A DNA stretch of 64,000 nt from Eledone cirrhosa. Taxonomy: Eukaryota. Position 1 is the first letter of the stretch. Every line of letters begins with the position of its first letter. The notes beneath the pieces were generated by a model. That model did no database searches. It saw nothing but the letters and a program-made list of their open reading frames with translations, and was not told the DNA's origin. The translations under genes and the position numbers were made by a program. Below, piece after piece: positions 34,586 through 49,500 of the stretch. The stretch is from contig OZ024740.1 of assembly GCA_964016885.1 (NCBI GenBank), positions 36,766,001 to 36,830,000 of the forward strand, given 5' to 3'.

Positions 34586-37500
34586 TATTTGGGTGAGTCA
34601 GATATAGAAACCTCAGCTATCATTACATTGAGATTTGTGTGGGTAAACTTAGATATAGAAACCTCAACTTTCATTACATTGAGCTTTGTATGGGTAAAGT
34701 TACATATAGAAACCTCAATTGTCATTATATTAAGATTTGTGTGGGTACGGTTAGATATAATAACCTCAATTGTCATTACATTGAGGTTTGTGAGGGTAAA
34801 GTTAGATATAGAAACCTCAATTGTCATTACATTGAGGTTTGTGTGGGTAAAGTTAGATATAGAAACCTCAACTGTCATTACATTGATGTTTGTGTGGGTA
34901 AAGTTAGACATAGAAATCTCAATTGTCATTACATTGAGATTTGTGTGGATAAAGTTCGACATAGAAACCTCAACTGTCATTACATTGAGCTTTGTGTGGG
35001 TAAGGTTATATACAGAAACATCAACTGTCATTACATTGAGGTTTGTGTAGGTAAAGTTAGACATGGAAACCTCAATTGTCATTACATTGAGCCTTTGTGG
35101 GTAAAGTTAGACATAGAACTTCAATTGTCATTACATTGAGATTTGTGTGGGTAAAGTTAGACATAGAAACCTCAAATGTCATTACATTGAGGTTTGTGTG
35201 GGTAAAGTTAGACATAGAAACCTCAATTGTCATTACATTGAGCTTTGTGTGGGTAAAAATTAGACATAGAAACCTCAATTGTCATTACATTGAGCTTTGT
35301 GTGGGTAAAGTTAGACATAGAAACCTCAATTGTCATTACATTGAGCTTTGTGTGGGTAAGGTTATATACAGAAACATCAACTGTCATTACATTGAGGTTT
35401 GTGTGGGTAAACTTAGATATAGAAACCTCAACTTTCATTACATTGAGCTTTGTATGGGTAAAGTTAGATATAGAAACCTCAATTGTCATTATATTAAGAT
35501 TTGTGTGGGTACGGTTAGATATAATAACCTCAATTGTCATTACATTGAGGTTTGTGAGGGTAAAGTTAGATATAGAAACCTCAATTGTCATTACATTGAG
35601 GTTTGTGTGGGTAAAGTTAGACATAGAAATCTCAATTGTCATCACATTGAGATTTGTGTGGATGAAGTTCGACATAGAAACCTCAACTGTCATTACATTG
35701 AGCTTTGTGTGGGTAAGGTTATATACAGAAACATCAACTGTCATTACATTGATATTTGTATGAGTAAAGTTAAACATAGAAACCTCAACTGTCATTACAT
35801 TGAGGTTTGTGTGGTTAAAATTAGATATAATAACCTCAATTGTCATTACATTGAGGTTTGTGTGGGTAAAGTTAGACATAGAACTTCAATTGTCATTACA
35901 TTGAGGTTTGTGTAGGTAAAGTTAGACATAGAAACCTCAACTGTCATTACATTGAGGTTTGTGTGGGTAAAGTTAGACATAGAAACGTCAATTGTCATTA
36001 CATTGAGGTTTGTGTGGGTAACGTTAGACATAGAAACCTCAATTGTCATTACATTGAGATTTGTGTAGATAAAGTTCGACATAGAAACCTCAACTGTCAT
36101 TACATTGAGGTTTGTGGGGGTAAAGTTAGACATAGAAACCTCAATTGTCATTACATTGAGATTAGTGTGGGTAAGGTTAGGCATAGAAACCTCAATTGTC
36201 ATTACATTGAGCATTGTGTGGGTTAAGTTAGACATAGAACTTCAATTGTCATTACATTGAGCTTTGTGTAGGTAAAGTTAGACATAGAAACCTCAATTGT
36301 CATTACATTGAGGTTTGTGAGGGTAACGTTAGACATAGAAACCTCACTCTCTTTACTTTGAGCATTGTGTGGGTAAAGTTAGATATAATAAGCACAATTT
36401 TTATTACATTGAGTTTTGTTCGGGTAAAGTTAGATATAATAACTTCAATTGTCATTACATTGAGCTTTGTGTGGGTAAAGTTAGATATAGAAACCTCAAT
36501 TGTCATTACATTGAGGTTTGTGTGGGTAACGTTAGATATAGAAACCTCAATTGTCATTACATTGAGTTTTGTGTGGGTAACGTTAGATATAGATAACTCA
36601 ATTGTCATTACATTGAGGTTTGTGTGGGTAAAGTTAGACATAGAAACATCAACTGTTATTACATTGACGTATGTGTGGGTAAAGGTAGACATAGAAACCT
36701 CAACTGTCATTACATTGAGGATGTGTGGGTATAGTTAGACATGGAAACCTCAATGACATTATATTGAGCTTTGTGTGCGTGAAGTTAGACATAGTAACCT
36801 CAATTGCCATTACATTGAGGTTTGTGTGAGAAAAGTTAGATATAGAATCAAATGTCATTACATTGAGGTTTGTGTGGGTAAAGTTAGACATAGTAACCTC
36901 AACTGTCATTATATCGAGGTTTGTGTGGGAAAAGTTAGATATAGAATCAAATGTCATTACATTGAGGTTTGTGTGGGTAAAGTTATACATAGAAACCTCA
37001 ACTGTCATTACATTGAGGTTTATGTGGGTAAAGTTAGACATAGAAACATCAACTGTCATTACATTGAGGTTTGTGTAGGTAAAGTTAGACATAGAAACAT
37101 CAACTGTCATTACATTGAGGTTTGTGTAGGTAAAGTTAGACATAGAAACCTCAACTGTCATTACATTGAGGTTTGTGTGGGTGAAGTTAGATATAATAAC
37201 CTCAATGTCATTACATTTAGCTTTGTGTGGGTAAAGTTAGACATAGAAACCTCAATGTCATTACATTGAGGTTTGTGTAGGTAACGTTAGACATAGAAAC
37301 CTCAATTGCCATTACATTGAGCTTTGTGTGGGTAAAGTTAGACATAGAAACCTCAATTGTCATTACATTGAAATTGTTGTGGGTAAAGTTAGACATAGGA
37401 ACCTCAATTGTCATTACATTGAGCTTTGTGAGGGTAAAGTTAGACATAGAACCTCAACTGTCATTACATTGAGCTTTGTGTGGGTGAAGTTAGATATAAT

Positions 37501-40500
37501 AACCTCAATTGTCATTACATTGAGCTTTGTGTGGGTAAAGTTAGATATAGAAACCGCAATTGTCATTATATTGATGTTTGTGTGGGTAAAATTAGATATA
37601 ATAACCTTAATTGTCATTACATTGAGGTTTGTGTAGGTAAAGTTAGACATGGAAACCTCAACTGTCATTACATTGAGCCTTTGTGGGTAAAGTTAGACAT
37701 AGAACTTCATTTGACATTACATTGAGGTTTGTGTGGGTAAAGTTAGACATAGAAACCTCAATTGTCATTACATTGAGATTTGTGTAGATAAAGTTCGACA
37801 TAGAAACCTCAACTGTCATTACATTGAGGTTTGTGGGGGTAAAGTTAGACATAGAAACCTCAATTGTCATTACATTGAGATTAGTGTGGGTAAAGTTAGA
37901 CATAGAACCTCATCTGTCATTACATTGAGCTATGTGTGGGTAAAGTTAGACATAGAAACCTCTATTGTCATTACATTGAGATTTGTGTGGGTAAGGTTAG
38001 ACGTAGAAACCTCAATTGTCATTACATTGAGCTTTGTCTGGGTTAAGTTAGACATAGTGCTTCAACTGTCATTACATTGAGCTTTGTGTAGGTAAAGTTA
38101 GACATAGAAACCTCAATCGTCATTAAATTGAGGTTTGTGAGGGTAACGTTAGACATAGATACCTCACTCTCTTTAGTTTGAGCATTGTGTGGGTAAAGTT
38201 AGATATAATAACTTCAATTGTCATTACATTTAGCTTTGTGTGGGTAAAGTTAGATATAGAAACATCAACTGTCATTACATTGAGCTTTGTGTGGGTAAAG
38301 TTAGATATAGAAACCTCAATTGTCATTACATTGAGGTTTGTGTGGGTAAAGTTAGATATAGAAACCTCAATTGTCATTACATTGAGGTTTGTGTGGGTAA
38401 AGTTAGACATAGAAACCTCAACTGTCATTACAACGAGGTTTGTGTAGGTAAAGTTAGACATAGAAACATCAACTGTCGTTACATTGAGGTTTGTGTAGGT
38501 AAAGTTAGACATAGAAACCTCAACTGTCATTACATTGAGATTTGTGTAGGTAAAGTTAGACATAGAACCTCAACTGTCATTACATTGAGGTTTGTGTGGG
38601 TGAAGTTAGATATAATAACCTCAATGTCATTACATTTAGCTTTGTGTCGGTAAAATTAGATAAAGAAACCTCTACTGTCATTACATTGAAGTTTGTGTGG
38701 GTAAAGTTAGACATAGAAACATCAATTGTCATTACATTGAGGTTTGTGTGGGTAAAGTTAGACATAGAAACCTCAATTGCCATTACATTGAGGTTTGTGT
38801 GGGTAAAGTTAGACATAGAAACCTCAATTGTCATTACATTGAGCTTTGTGTGGGTAAAGTTAGACATAAACACCTCAATTGTCATTACATTGAGATTGTT
38901 GTAGGTAAAGTTAGACATAGGAACCTCAATTGTCATTACATTGAGCTTTGTGTGGGTATAGTTAGACATAGAATCTCAACTGTCATTTCATTGAGCTTTG
39001 TGTGGATGAAGTTAGATATAATAACCACAATTGTCATTACATTGAGCTTTGTGTGGGTAAAGTTAGATATAGAAACCTCAATTGTCATTACATTGAGCTT
39101 TGTGTGGGTAAAGTTAGACATAGAAACCTCAATTGTCATTACATTGATGTTTGTATGAGTAAAGTTAGACATAGAAAACTCAACTCTCATTACATTGAGG
39201 TTTGTGTGGGTAAAATTAGATATAATAACCTCAATTGTCATTACATTGAGGTTGGTGTGGGTAAAGTTAGTCATAGAACTTCAATTGTCATTACATTGAG
39301 GTTTGTGTAGGTAAAGTTAGACATGGAAACCTCAACTGTCATTACATTAAGCCTTTGAGGGTAAAGTTAGACATAGAACTTCATTTGTCATTGCATTGAG
39401 GTTTGTGTGGGTAAAGTTAGACATAGAAACCTCAATTGGCATTACATTGAGATTATGTAGGTAACGTTAGACATAGAAACCTCAACTGTCATTACATTGA
39501 GCTCTGTGTGGGTAAAGTTAGATATAATATCCACAATTTTCATTACATTGAGTTTTGTGTGGGTAAAGTTAGATATAATAACTTCAATTGTCATTACATT
39601 TAGCTTTGTGTGGGTAAAGTTAGATATAGAAACCTCAACTGTCATTACGTTGAGATTTGTGTGGGTAAAGTTTGACATGGAAACCTCAATGCCATTATAT
39701 TGAGCTTTGTGTGGGTGAAGTTAGAATAGATACCTCAACTGTCATTACATTGTGGTTAGGGTGGGTAAAGTTAGACATAGTAAGCTCAACTGTCATTATA
39801 TTGAGGTTTGTGTGGGTAAAGTTAGATATAGAATCAAATGTCATTACATTGAGGTTTGTGTGGGTAAAGTTAGACATAGAAACCTCAACGGTCATTACAT
39901 AAAGTTGATATAGAATCAAATGTCATTACATTGAGGTTTGTGTGGGTAAGTTAGACATAGAAACCTCAATTGTCATTACATTGAGGTTTGTGTGGGTAAA
40001 GTTAGACATAGAAACCTCAATTGTCATTACATTGAGGTTTGTGTGAGTAAAGTTAGACATAGAAACAACAATTGTCATTACAATGAGGTTACTGTGGGTA
40101 AAGTAATACATAGAAACCTCAACTGTAATTACATTGAGGTTTGTGTGGGTAACTGTAGACATAGTAACCCTATTGAGTTTTGTGTAGGTGAAGTTAGACA
40201 TAGAATCAAATGTCATTAAATTGAGGTTTGTGTAGGTAAAGTAAGATATAGAACCTCAACTGTCATTACATTGTGGTTAGGGAGGATAAAGTTAGACATA
40301 GTAAACTCAACTGTCATTATATTGAGGTTTGTGTGGGTAAAGTTAGATATAGAAACCTCAACTGTCATTACATTGAGCTTGTGTGGGTAAAATTAGACAT
40401 AGAAACCTCAACTGTCATTACATTGAGCTTTGTGTGGGTAAAGTTAGATATAGAAACCTCAAGTGTCATTAAATTGAGGTTTGTGTGGGTAAAATTAGAT

Positions 40501-43500
40501 ATAGAAACCACAACGGTCATTGCATTGAGGTGTGTGTGGGTAAAATTAGATATAATAAGCTCAATTTTGATTACATTGAGGTTAGTGTGATTAAAGTTAG
40601 ATATAGAATCAAATGTCATTTCATTGAGCTTTGTGAGGGTGAAGTTAGACATAGAAACCTCAACTCTTATTACATTGAGCTTTGTGTGGGTAAAGTTAGA
40701 TATTGAAACCTCAAGTGTCATTACATTGAACTTATAGTTGGTAAAGTTAGATATAGAAACCTCAACTGTCATTACATTGAAGTTTGTGTGGGTAAAGTTA
40801 GACATAGAAACCTCAATTGTCATTACATTGAGGTTTGTGTAGGTAAATTTAGACATAGAAACCTTAACTGTCATTACATTGAGATGTGAGTGGGTAAAGT
40901 TAGATATAGAAACATGAACTGTCATTACATTGAAGTTTGAGTGGGTAAAGTTTGACATAGAAACCTCAATTGCCATTACATTGAGCTTTGTGTGGGTAAA
41001 GTTAGACATAGAAACCTCAACTGTCATTACATTGAGGTGTGTGTGGATAAAATTAGAGATAGAAACCTCAACTGTCATTACATTGAGGTTTGTGTAGGTA
41101 AGGTTAGACATAGAAACATCAACTGTCATTACTTTGAGGTTTGCGTGGGTAAAGTTCGACATAGAAATGTCAACTGTCATTACATTGAGCTTTGTGTGGG
41201 TAAAGTTAGACATAGAAACCTCAATTGTCATTACATTGAGGTTTGTGTAGGTAAAGTTAGACATAGAAACCTCATGTGTCATTACATTGAGGTTTGTGTG
41301 GGTAAAATTAGATATAATAACCTCAATTGTCATTACATTGAGCTTTCTGGGGGTAAAGTTAGATATAGAACCCTCAACTGTCATTAGATTGAGCTTATGT
41401 GGGTAAGGTTATATACAGAAACCTCAACTGTCATTACATTGAGGTTTGTGTGGTTAACGTTAGACATAGAAACCTCAATTGTCATTACATTGAGATTTAT
41501 GAGGGTAAAATTAGACATGGAAACGTCAATTGTCATTACATTGAGCTTAGTGTGGGTAAAGTTAGACATAGAAACTTCAATTGCCATTACATTGAGCTTT
41601 GTGTGGGTAAAGTTAGACATAGAAACCTCAACTGTCAATGCATTGAGGTTTGTGTGGGTAAAGTTAGACATAGAAACCTCAACTGTCATTACATAAAGTA
41701 GATATAGAATCAAATGTCATTACATTGAGGTTTGTGTGGGTAAGTTAGACATAGAAACCTCAATTGTCATTACATTGAGGTTTGTGTGGGTAAAGTTAGA
41801 CATAGAAACCTCAATTGTCATTACATTGAGGTTTGTGTGAGTAAAGTTAGACATAGAAAAAACAATTGTCATTACAATGAGGTTACTGTGGGTAAAGTAA
41901 TACATAGAAACCTCAACTGTAATTACATTGAGGTTTGTGTGGGTAACGGTAGACATAGTAACCCTATTGAGTTTTGTGTAGGTGAAGTTAGACATAGAAT
42001 CAAATGTCATTAAATTGAGGTTTGTGTAGGTAAAGTAAGATATAGAACCTCAACTGTCATTACATTTTGGTTAGGGAGGGTAAAGTTAGACATAGTAACC
42101 TCAACTGTCATTATATTGAGGTTTGTGTGGGTAAAGTTAGATATAGAATCAAATGTCATTACATTGAGGTTTGTGTGGGTAAAGTTAGACATAGAAACCT
42201 CAACTGTCATTACATTGAGCTTGTGTGGTTAAAATTAGACATAGAAACCTCAACTGTCATTACATTGAGCTTTGTGTGGTAAAGTTAGACATAGAAACCT
42301 CAACCGTCATTACATTGAGCTTTGTGTGGGTAAAGTTAGATATAGAAACCTCAAGTGTCATTGAATTGAGGTTTGTGTGGGTAAAATTAGATATAGAAAC
42401 CACAACGGTCATTGCATTGAGGTGTGTGTGGGTAAAATTAGATATAATAAGCTCAATTTTGATTACATTGAGGTTTGTGTGATTAAAGTTAGATATAGAA
42501 TCAAATGTCATTTCATTGAGCTTTGTGAGGGTGAAGTTAGACATAGAAACCTCAACTCTTATTACATTGAGCTTTGTGTGGGTAAAGTTAGATATTGAAA
42601 CCTCAAGTGTCATTACATTGAGCTTATAGTTGGTAAAGTTAGATATAGAAACCTCAACTGTCATTACATTGAAGTTTGTGTGGGTAAAGTTAGACATAGA
42701 AACCTCAATTGTCATTACATTGAGGTTTGTGTAAGTAAATTTAGACATAGAAACCTTAACTGTCATTACATTGAGATATGAGTGGGTAAAGTTAGATATA
42801 GAAACATGAACTGTCATTACATTGAAGTTTGAGTGGGTAAAGTTTGACATAGAAACCTCAATTGCCATTACATTGAGCTTTGTGTGGGTAAAGTTAGACA
42901 TAGAAACCTCAACTGTCATTACATTGAGGTGTGTGTGGATAAAATTAGAGATAGAAACCTCAACTGTCATTACATTGAGGTTTGTGTAGGTAAGGTTAGA
43001 CATAGAAACATCAACTGTCATTACTTTGAGGTTTGCGTGGGTAAAGTTCGACATAGAAATGTCAACTGTCATTACATTGAGCTTTGTGTGGGTAAAGTTA
43101 GACATAGAAACCTCAATTGTCATTACATTGAGGTTTGTGTAGGTAAAGTTAGACATAGAAACCTCAACTGTCATTACATTGAGGTTTGTGTGGGTAAAAT
43201 TAGATATAATAACCTCAATTGTCATTACATTGAGCTTTCTGGGGGTAAAGTTAGATATAGAAACCTCAACTGTCATTAGATTGAGCTTTGTGTGGGTAAG
43301 GTTATATACAGAAACCTCAACTGTCATTACATTGAGATTTATGTGGGTAAAATTAGACATGGAAACCTCAATTGTCATTACATTGAGCTTATAGTGGGTA
43401 AAGTTAGACATAGATACTTCAATTGCCATTACATTGAGCTTTGTGTGGGTAAAGTTAGACATAGAAACCTCAACTGTCATTACATTGAGGTTAATGTGGG

Positions 43501-46500
43501 TAAAGTTAGACATAGAAACCTCAATTGTCATTACATTGAGGTTTGTGTGAGTAAAGTTAGACATAGAAACAACAATTGTCATTACAATGAGGTTACTGTG
43601 GGTAAAGTAATACATAGAAACCTCAACTGTAATTACATTGAGGTTTGTGTGGGTAACTGTAGACATAGTAACCCTATTGAGTTTTGTGTAGGTGAAGTTA
43701 GACATAGAATCAAATGTCATTAAATTGAGGTTTGTGTAGGTAAAGTAAGATATAGAACCTCAACTGTCATTACATTGTGGTTAGGGAGGGTAAAGTTAGA
43801 CATAGTAACCTCAACTGTCATTATATTGAGGTTTGTGTGGGTAAAGTTAGATATAGAAACCTCAACTGTCATTACATTGAGCTTGTGTGGGTAAAATTAG
43901 ACATAGAGACCTCAACTGTCATTACATTGAGCTTTGTGTGGGTAAAGTTAGATATAGAAACCTCAAGTGTCATTAAATTGAGGTTTGTGTGGGTAAAATT
44001 AGATATAGAAACCACAACGGTCATTGCATTGAGGTGTGTGTGGGTAAAATTAGATATAATAAGCTCAATTTTGATTACATTGAGGTTAGTGTGATTAAAG
44101 TTAGATATAGAATCAAATGTCATTTCATTGAGCTTTGTGAGGGTGAAGTTAGACATAGAAACCTCAACTCTTATTACATTGAGCTTTGTGTGGGTAAAGT
44201 TAGATATTGAAACCTCAAGTGTCATTACATTGAACTTATAGTTGGTAAAGTTAGATATAGAAACCTCAACTGTCATTACATTGAAGTTTGTGTCGGTAAA
44301 GTTAGACATAGAAACCTCAATTGTCATTACATTGAGGTTTGTGTAGGTAAATTTAGACATAGAAACCTTAACTGTCATTACATTGAGATGTGAGTGGGTA
44401 AAGTTAGATATAGAAACATGAACTGTCATTACATTGAAGTTTGAGTGGGTAAAGTTTGACATAGAAACCTCAATTGCCATTACATTGAGCTTTGTGTGGG
44501 TAAAGTTAGACATAGAAACCTCAACTGTCATTACATTGAGGTGTGTGTGGATAAAATTAGAGATAGAAACCTCAACTGTCATTACATTGAGGTTTGTGTA
44601 GGTAAGGTTAGACATAGAAACATCAACTGTCATTACTTTGAGGTTTGCGTGGGTAAAGTTCGACATAGAAATGTCAACTGTCATTACATTGAGCTTTGTG
44701 TGGGTAAAGTTAGACATAGAAACCTCAATTGTCATTACATTGAGGTTTGTGTAGGTAAAGTTAGACATAGAAACCTCAACTGTCATTACATTGAGGTTTG
44801 TGTGGGTAAAATTAGATATAATAACCTCAATTGTCATTACATTGAGCTTTCTGGGGGTAAAGTTAGATATCGAACCCTCAACTGTCATTAGATTGAGCTT
44901 ATGTGGGTAAGGTTATATACAGAAACCTCAACTGTCATTACATTGAGGTTTGTGTGGTTAACGTTAGACATAGAAACCTCAATTGTCATTACATTGAGAT
45001 TTATGAGGGTAAAATTAGACATGGAAACCTCAATTGTCATTACATTGAGCTTAGTGTGGGTAAAGTTAGACATAGAAACTTCAATTGCCATTACATTGAG
45101 CTTTGTGTGGGTAAAGTTAGACATAGAAACCTCAACTGTCATTGCATTGAGGTTTGTGTGGGTAAAGTTAGACATAGAAACCTCAACTGTCATTACATAA
45201 AGTAGATATAGAATCAAATGTCATTACATTGAGGTTTGTGTGGGTAAGTTAGACATAGAAACCTCAATTGTCATTACATTGAGGTTTGTGTGGGTAAAGT
45301 TAGACATAGAAACCTCAATTGTCATTACATTGAGGTTTGTGTGAGTAAAGTTAGACATAGAAAAAACAATTGTCATTACAATGAGGTTACTGTGGGTAAA
45401 GTAATACATAGAAACCTCAACTGTAATTACATTGAGGTTTGTGTGGGTAACGGTAGACATAGTAACCCTATTGAGTTTTGTGTAGGTGAAGTTAGACATA
45501 GAATCAAATGTCATTAAATTGAGGTTTGTGTAGGTAAAGTAAGATATAGAACCTCAACTGTCATTACATTTTGGTTAGGGAGGGTAAAGTTAGACATAGT
45601 AACCTCAACTGTCATTATATTGAGGTTTGTGTGGGTAAAGTTAGATATAGAATCAAATGTCATTACATTGAGGTTTGTGTGGGTAAAGTTAGACATAGAA
45701 ACCTCAACTGTCATTACATTGAGCTTGTGTGGTTAAAATTAGACATAGAAACCTCAACTGTCATTACATTGAGCTTTGTGTGGTAAAGTTAGACATAGAA
45801 ACCTCAACCGTCATTACATTGAGCTTTGTGTGGGTAAAGTTAGATATAGAAACCTCAAGTGTCATTAAATTGAGGTTTGTGTGGGTAAAATTAGATATAG
45901 AAACCACAACGGTCATTGCATTGAGGTGTGTGTGGGTAAAATTAGATATAATAAGCTCAATTTTGATTACATTGAGGTTTGTGTGATTAAAGTTAGATAT
46001 AGAATCAAATGTCATTTCATTGAGCTTTGTGAGGGTGAAGTTAGACATAGAAACCTCAACTCTTATTACATTGAGCTTTGTGTGGGTAAAGTTAGATATT
46101 GAAACCTCAAGTGTCATTACATTGAGCTTATAGTTGGTAAAGTGAGATATAGAAACCTCAACTGTCATTACATTGAAGTTTGTGTGGGTAAAGTTAGACA
46201 TAGAAACCTCAATTGTCATTACATTGAGGTTTGTGTAAGTAAATTTAGACATAGAAACCTTAACTGTCATTACATTGAGATATGAGTGGGTAAAGTTAGA
46301 TATAGAAACATGAACTGTCATTACATTGAAGTTTGAGTGGGTAAAGTTTGACATAGAAACCTCAATTGCCATTACATTGAGCTTTGTGTGGGTAAAGTTA
46401 GACATAGAAACCTCAACTGTCATTACATTGAGGTGTGTGTGGATAAAATTAGAGATTGAAACCTCAACTGTCATTACATTGAGGTTTGTGTAGGTAAGGT

Positions 46501-49500
46501 TAGACATAGAAACATCAACTGTCATTAATTTGAGGTTTGCGTGGGTAAAGTTCGACATAGAAATGTCAACTGTCATTACATTGAGCTTTGTGTGGGTAAA
46601 GTTAGACATAGAAACCTCAATTGTCATTACATTGAGGTTTGTGTAGGTAAAGTTAGACATAGAAACCTCAACTGTCATTACATTGAGGTTTGTGTGGGTA
46701 AAATTAGATATAATATCCTCAATTGTCATTACATTGAGCTTTCTGGGGGTAAAGTTAGATATAGAAACCTCAACTGTCATTAGATTGAGCTTTGTGTGGG
46801 TAAGGTTATATACAGAAACCTCAACTGTCATTACATTGAGATTTATGTGGGTAAAATTAGACATGGAAACCTCAATTGTCATTACATTGAGCTTATAGTG
46901 GGTAAAGTTAGACATAGATACTTCAATTGCCATTACATTGAGCTTGGTGTGGGTAAAGTTAGACATAGAAACCTCAACTGTCATTACATTGAGGTTAATG
47001 TGGGTAAAGTTAGACATAGAAACCTCAATTGTCATTTCATTGAGATTTGTGTGGGTAAAGTTAGACATAGAAACCTCAACTGTCATTACATTGAGGTAGT
47101 GTGGGTAAAGTTAGACATAGAAACCTGAACTGTTATTACATTGAGGTTTGTGTAGGTAAGGTTAGACATAGAAACCTCAACTCTCAATACTTTGAGGTTT
47201 GCGTGGGTAGAGTTAGACATAGAAACCTCAACTGTCATTACATTGAGCTATGGGTGGGTAAATTTAGACATAGAAACCTCAACTGCCATTACATTGAGAT
47301 TTGAGTGGGTAAAGTTACATATAGAAACCTCAACTGTCATTGTATTGAGGTTTGAGAGGGTAAAGTTAGACATAGAAACATAAACTTTCATTACATTGAG
47401 GTTTGTGTGGGTAACATTAGATATAATAACCTTCATTTTCATTACATTTTCATTCATTTTCATTACATTGTCATTATATTGAGTTTTCTGTGGGTAGAGT
47501 TAGAAACCTCACCTGTCATTACATAAAGTATATATAGAATCAAAGTCATTACATTGAGGTTTGTGTGGGTAAAGTTAGACATAGAAACCTCAATTGTCAT
47601 TATATTGAGCTTTGTGTGGGTTAAGTTAGACATAGAAACTCAACTGTCATTACATTGAGCTAAGTGTGGGTAAAGTTAGACATAGAAACATCAATTGTCA
47701 TTACATTGAGATTTGAGTGGGTAAAGTTAGATATAGAAACCTCAACTGTCATTATATTGAGGTTTGAGAGGGTAAAGTTAGATATAGAAACCTCAACTAT
47801 CATTTAATTGAGGTTTGTGTGGGAAAAGTTAGACATAGAATCATAAACTGTCATTACATTGAGGTTTGTGTGGGTAACATTAGATATAATGACCTTCATT
47901 TTCATTACATCTTCATTCATTTTCATTACATTGTCATTGTATAGAGTTTTCTGTGGGTAGAGTTAGAAACCTCACCTGTCATTACATAAAGTAGATATAG
48001 AATCAAATTCATTACATTGAGGTTTGTGTGGGTAAAGTTAGACATAGAAACCTCAATTGTCATTATATTGAGCTTTGTTTGCGTTAAGTTAGACATAGAA
48101 CCTCAACTGTCATTACATTGAGCTAAGTGTGGGTAAAGTTAGACATAGAAACCTCAACCGTCATTACATTGAGCTTTGAGTTGGTAAAGTTAGATATAGA
48201 AACCTCACGTGTCATTACATTGAGGTTTGTGTGGGTAAAATTAGATATAGAAACCACAACGGTCATTGCATTGATGTTTGTGTGGGTAAAATTAGATATA
48301 ATAAGCTCAATTTTGATTACATTGAGGTTTGTGTGATTAAAGTTAGATATAGAAACCTCAACTGTCATTACATTGAGCTTTGTGAGGGTGAAGTTAGACA
48401 TAGAAACCTCAACTCTCATTACATTGAGCTTTGTGTGGGTAAAGTTAGATATAGCAACCTCAAGTGTCATTACATTGAGCTTATAGTTGGTAAAGTTAGA
48501 TATAGAAACCTCAACTGTCATTACATTGAAGTTTGTGTGGGTAAAGTTAGACATAGAAACCTCAATTGTCATTACATTGAGGTTTGTGTAGGTAAATTTA
48601 GACATAGAAACCTCAACTGTCATTACATTGAGATATGAGTGGGTAAAGTTAGATATAGAAACATCAACTGTCATTACATTGAAGTTTGAGTGGGTAAAGT
48701 TTGACATAGAAACCTCAATTGAGCTTTGTGTGGGTAAAGTTAGACATAGAAACCTCAACTGTGATTACATTGAGGTTGGTTAATGTGGGTAAAGTTAGAC
48801 ATAGAAACCTCAACTGTCATTACATTGAGGTTTGTGTGGATAAAATTAGAGATAGAAACCTCAACTGTCAATACATTGAGGTTAATGTGGGTAAAGTTAG
48901 ACATAGAAACCTCAACTGTCATTACTTGAGGTTTATGTGGGTAAAGTTAGACATAGAAACCTCAACTGTTATTACATTGAGGTTTGTGTAGGTAAGGTTA
49001 GACATAGAAACATCAACTGTCATTACATTGAAGTTTGAGTGTGTAAAGTTTGACATAGAAACCTCAATTGCCATTACATTGAGCTTTGTGTGGGTAAAGT
49101 TAGACATAGAAACCTCAACTGTCATTACATTGAGGTGTGTGTGGATAAAATTAGAGATAGAAACCTCAACTGTCATTACATTGAGGTTTGTGTAGGTAAG
49201 GTTAGACATAGAAACATCAACTGTCATTACTTTGAGGTTTGCGTGGGTAAAGTTCGACATAGAAATGTCAACTGTCATTACATTGAGCTTTGTGTGGGTA
49301 AAGTTAGACATAGAAACCTCAATTGTCATTACATTGAGGTTTGTGTAGGTAAAGTTAGACATAGAAACCTCAACTGTCATTACATTGAGGTTTGTGTGGG
49401 TAAAATTAGATATAATATCCTCAATTGTCATTACATTGAGCTTTCTGGGGGTAAAGTTAGATATAGAAACCTCAACTGTCATTAGATTGAGCTTTGTGTG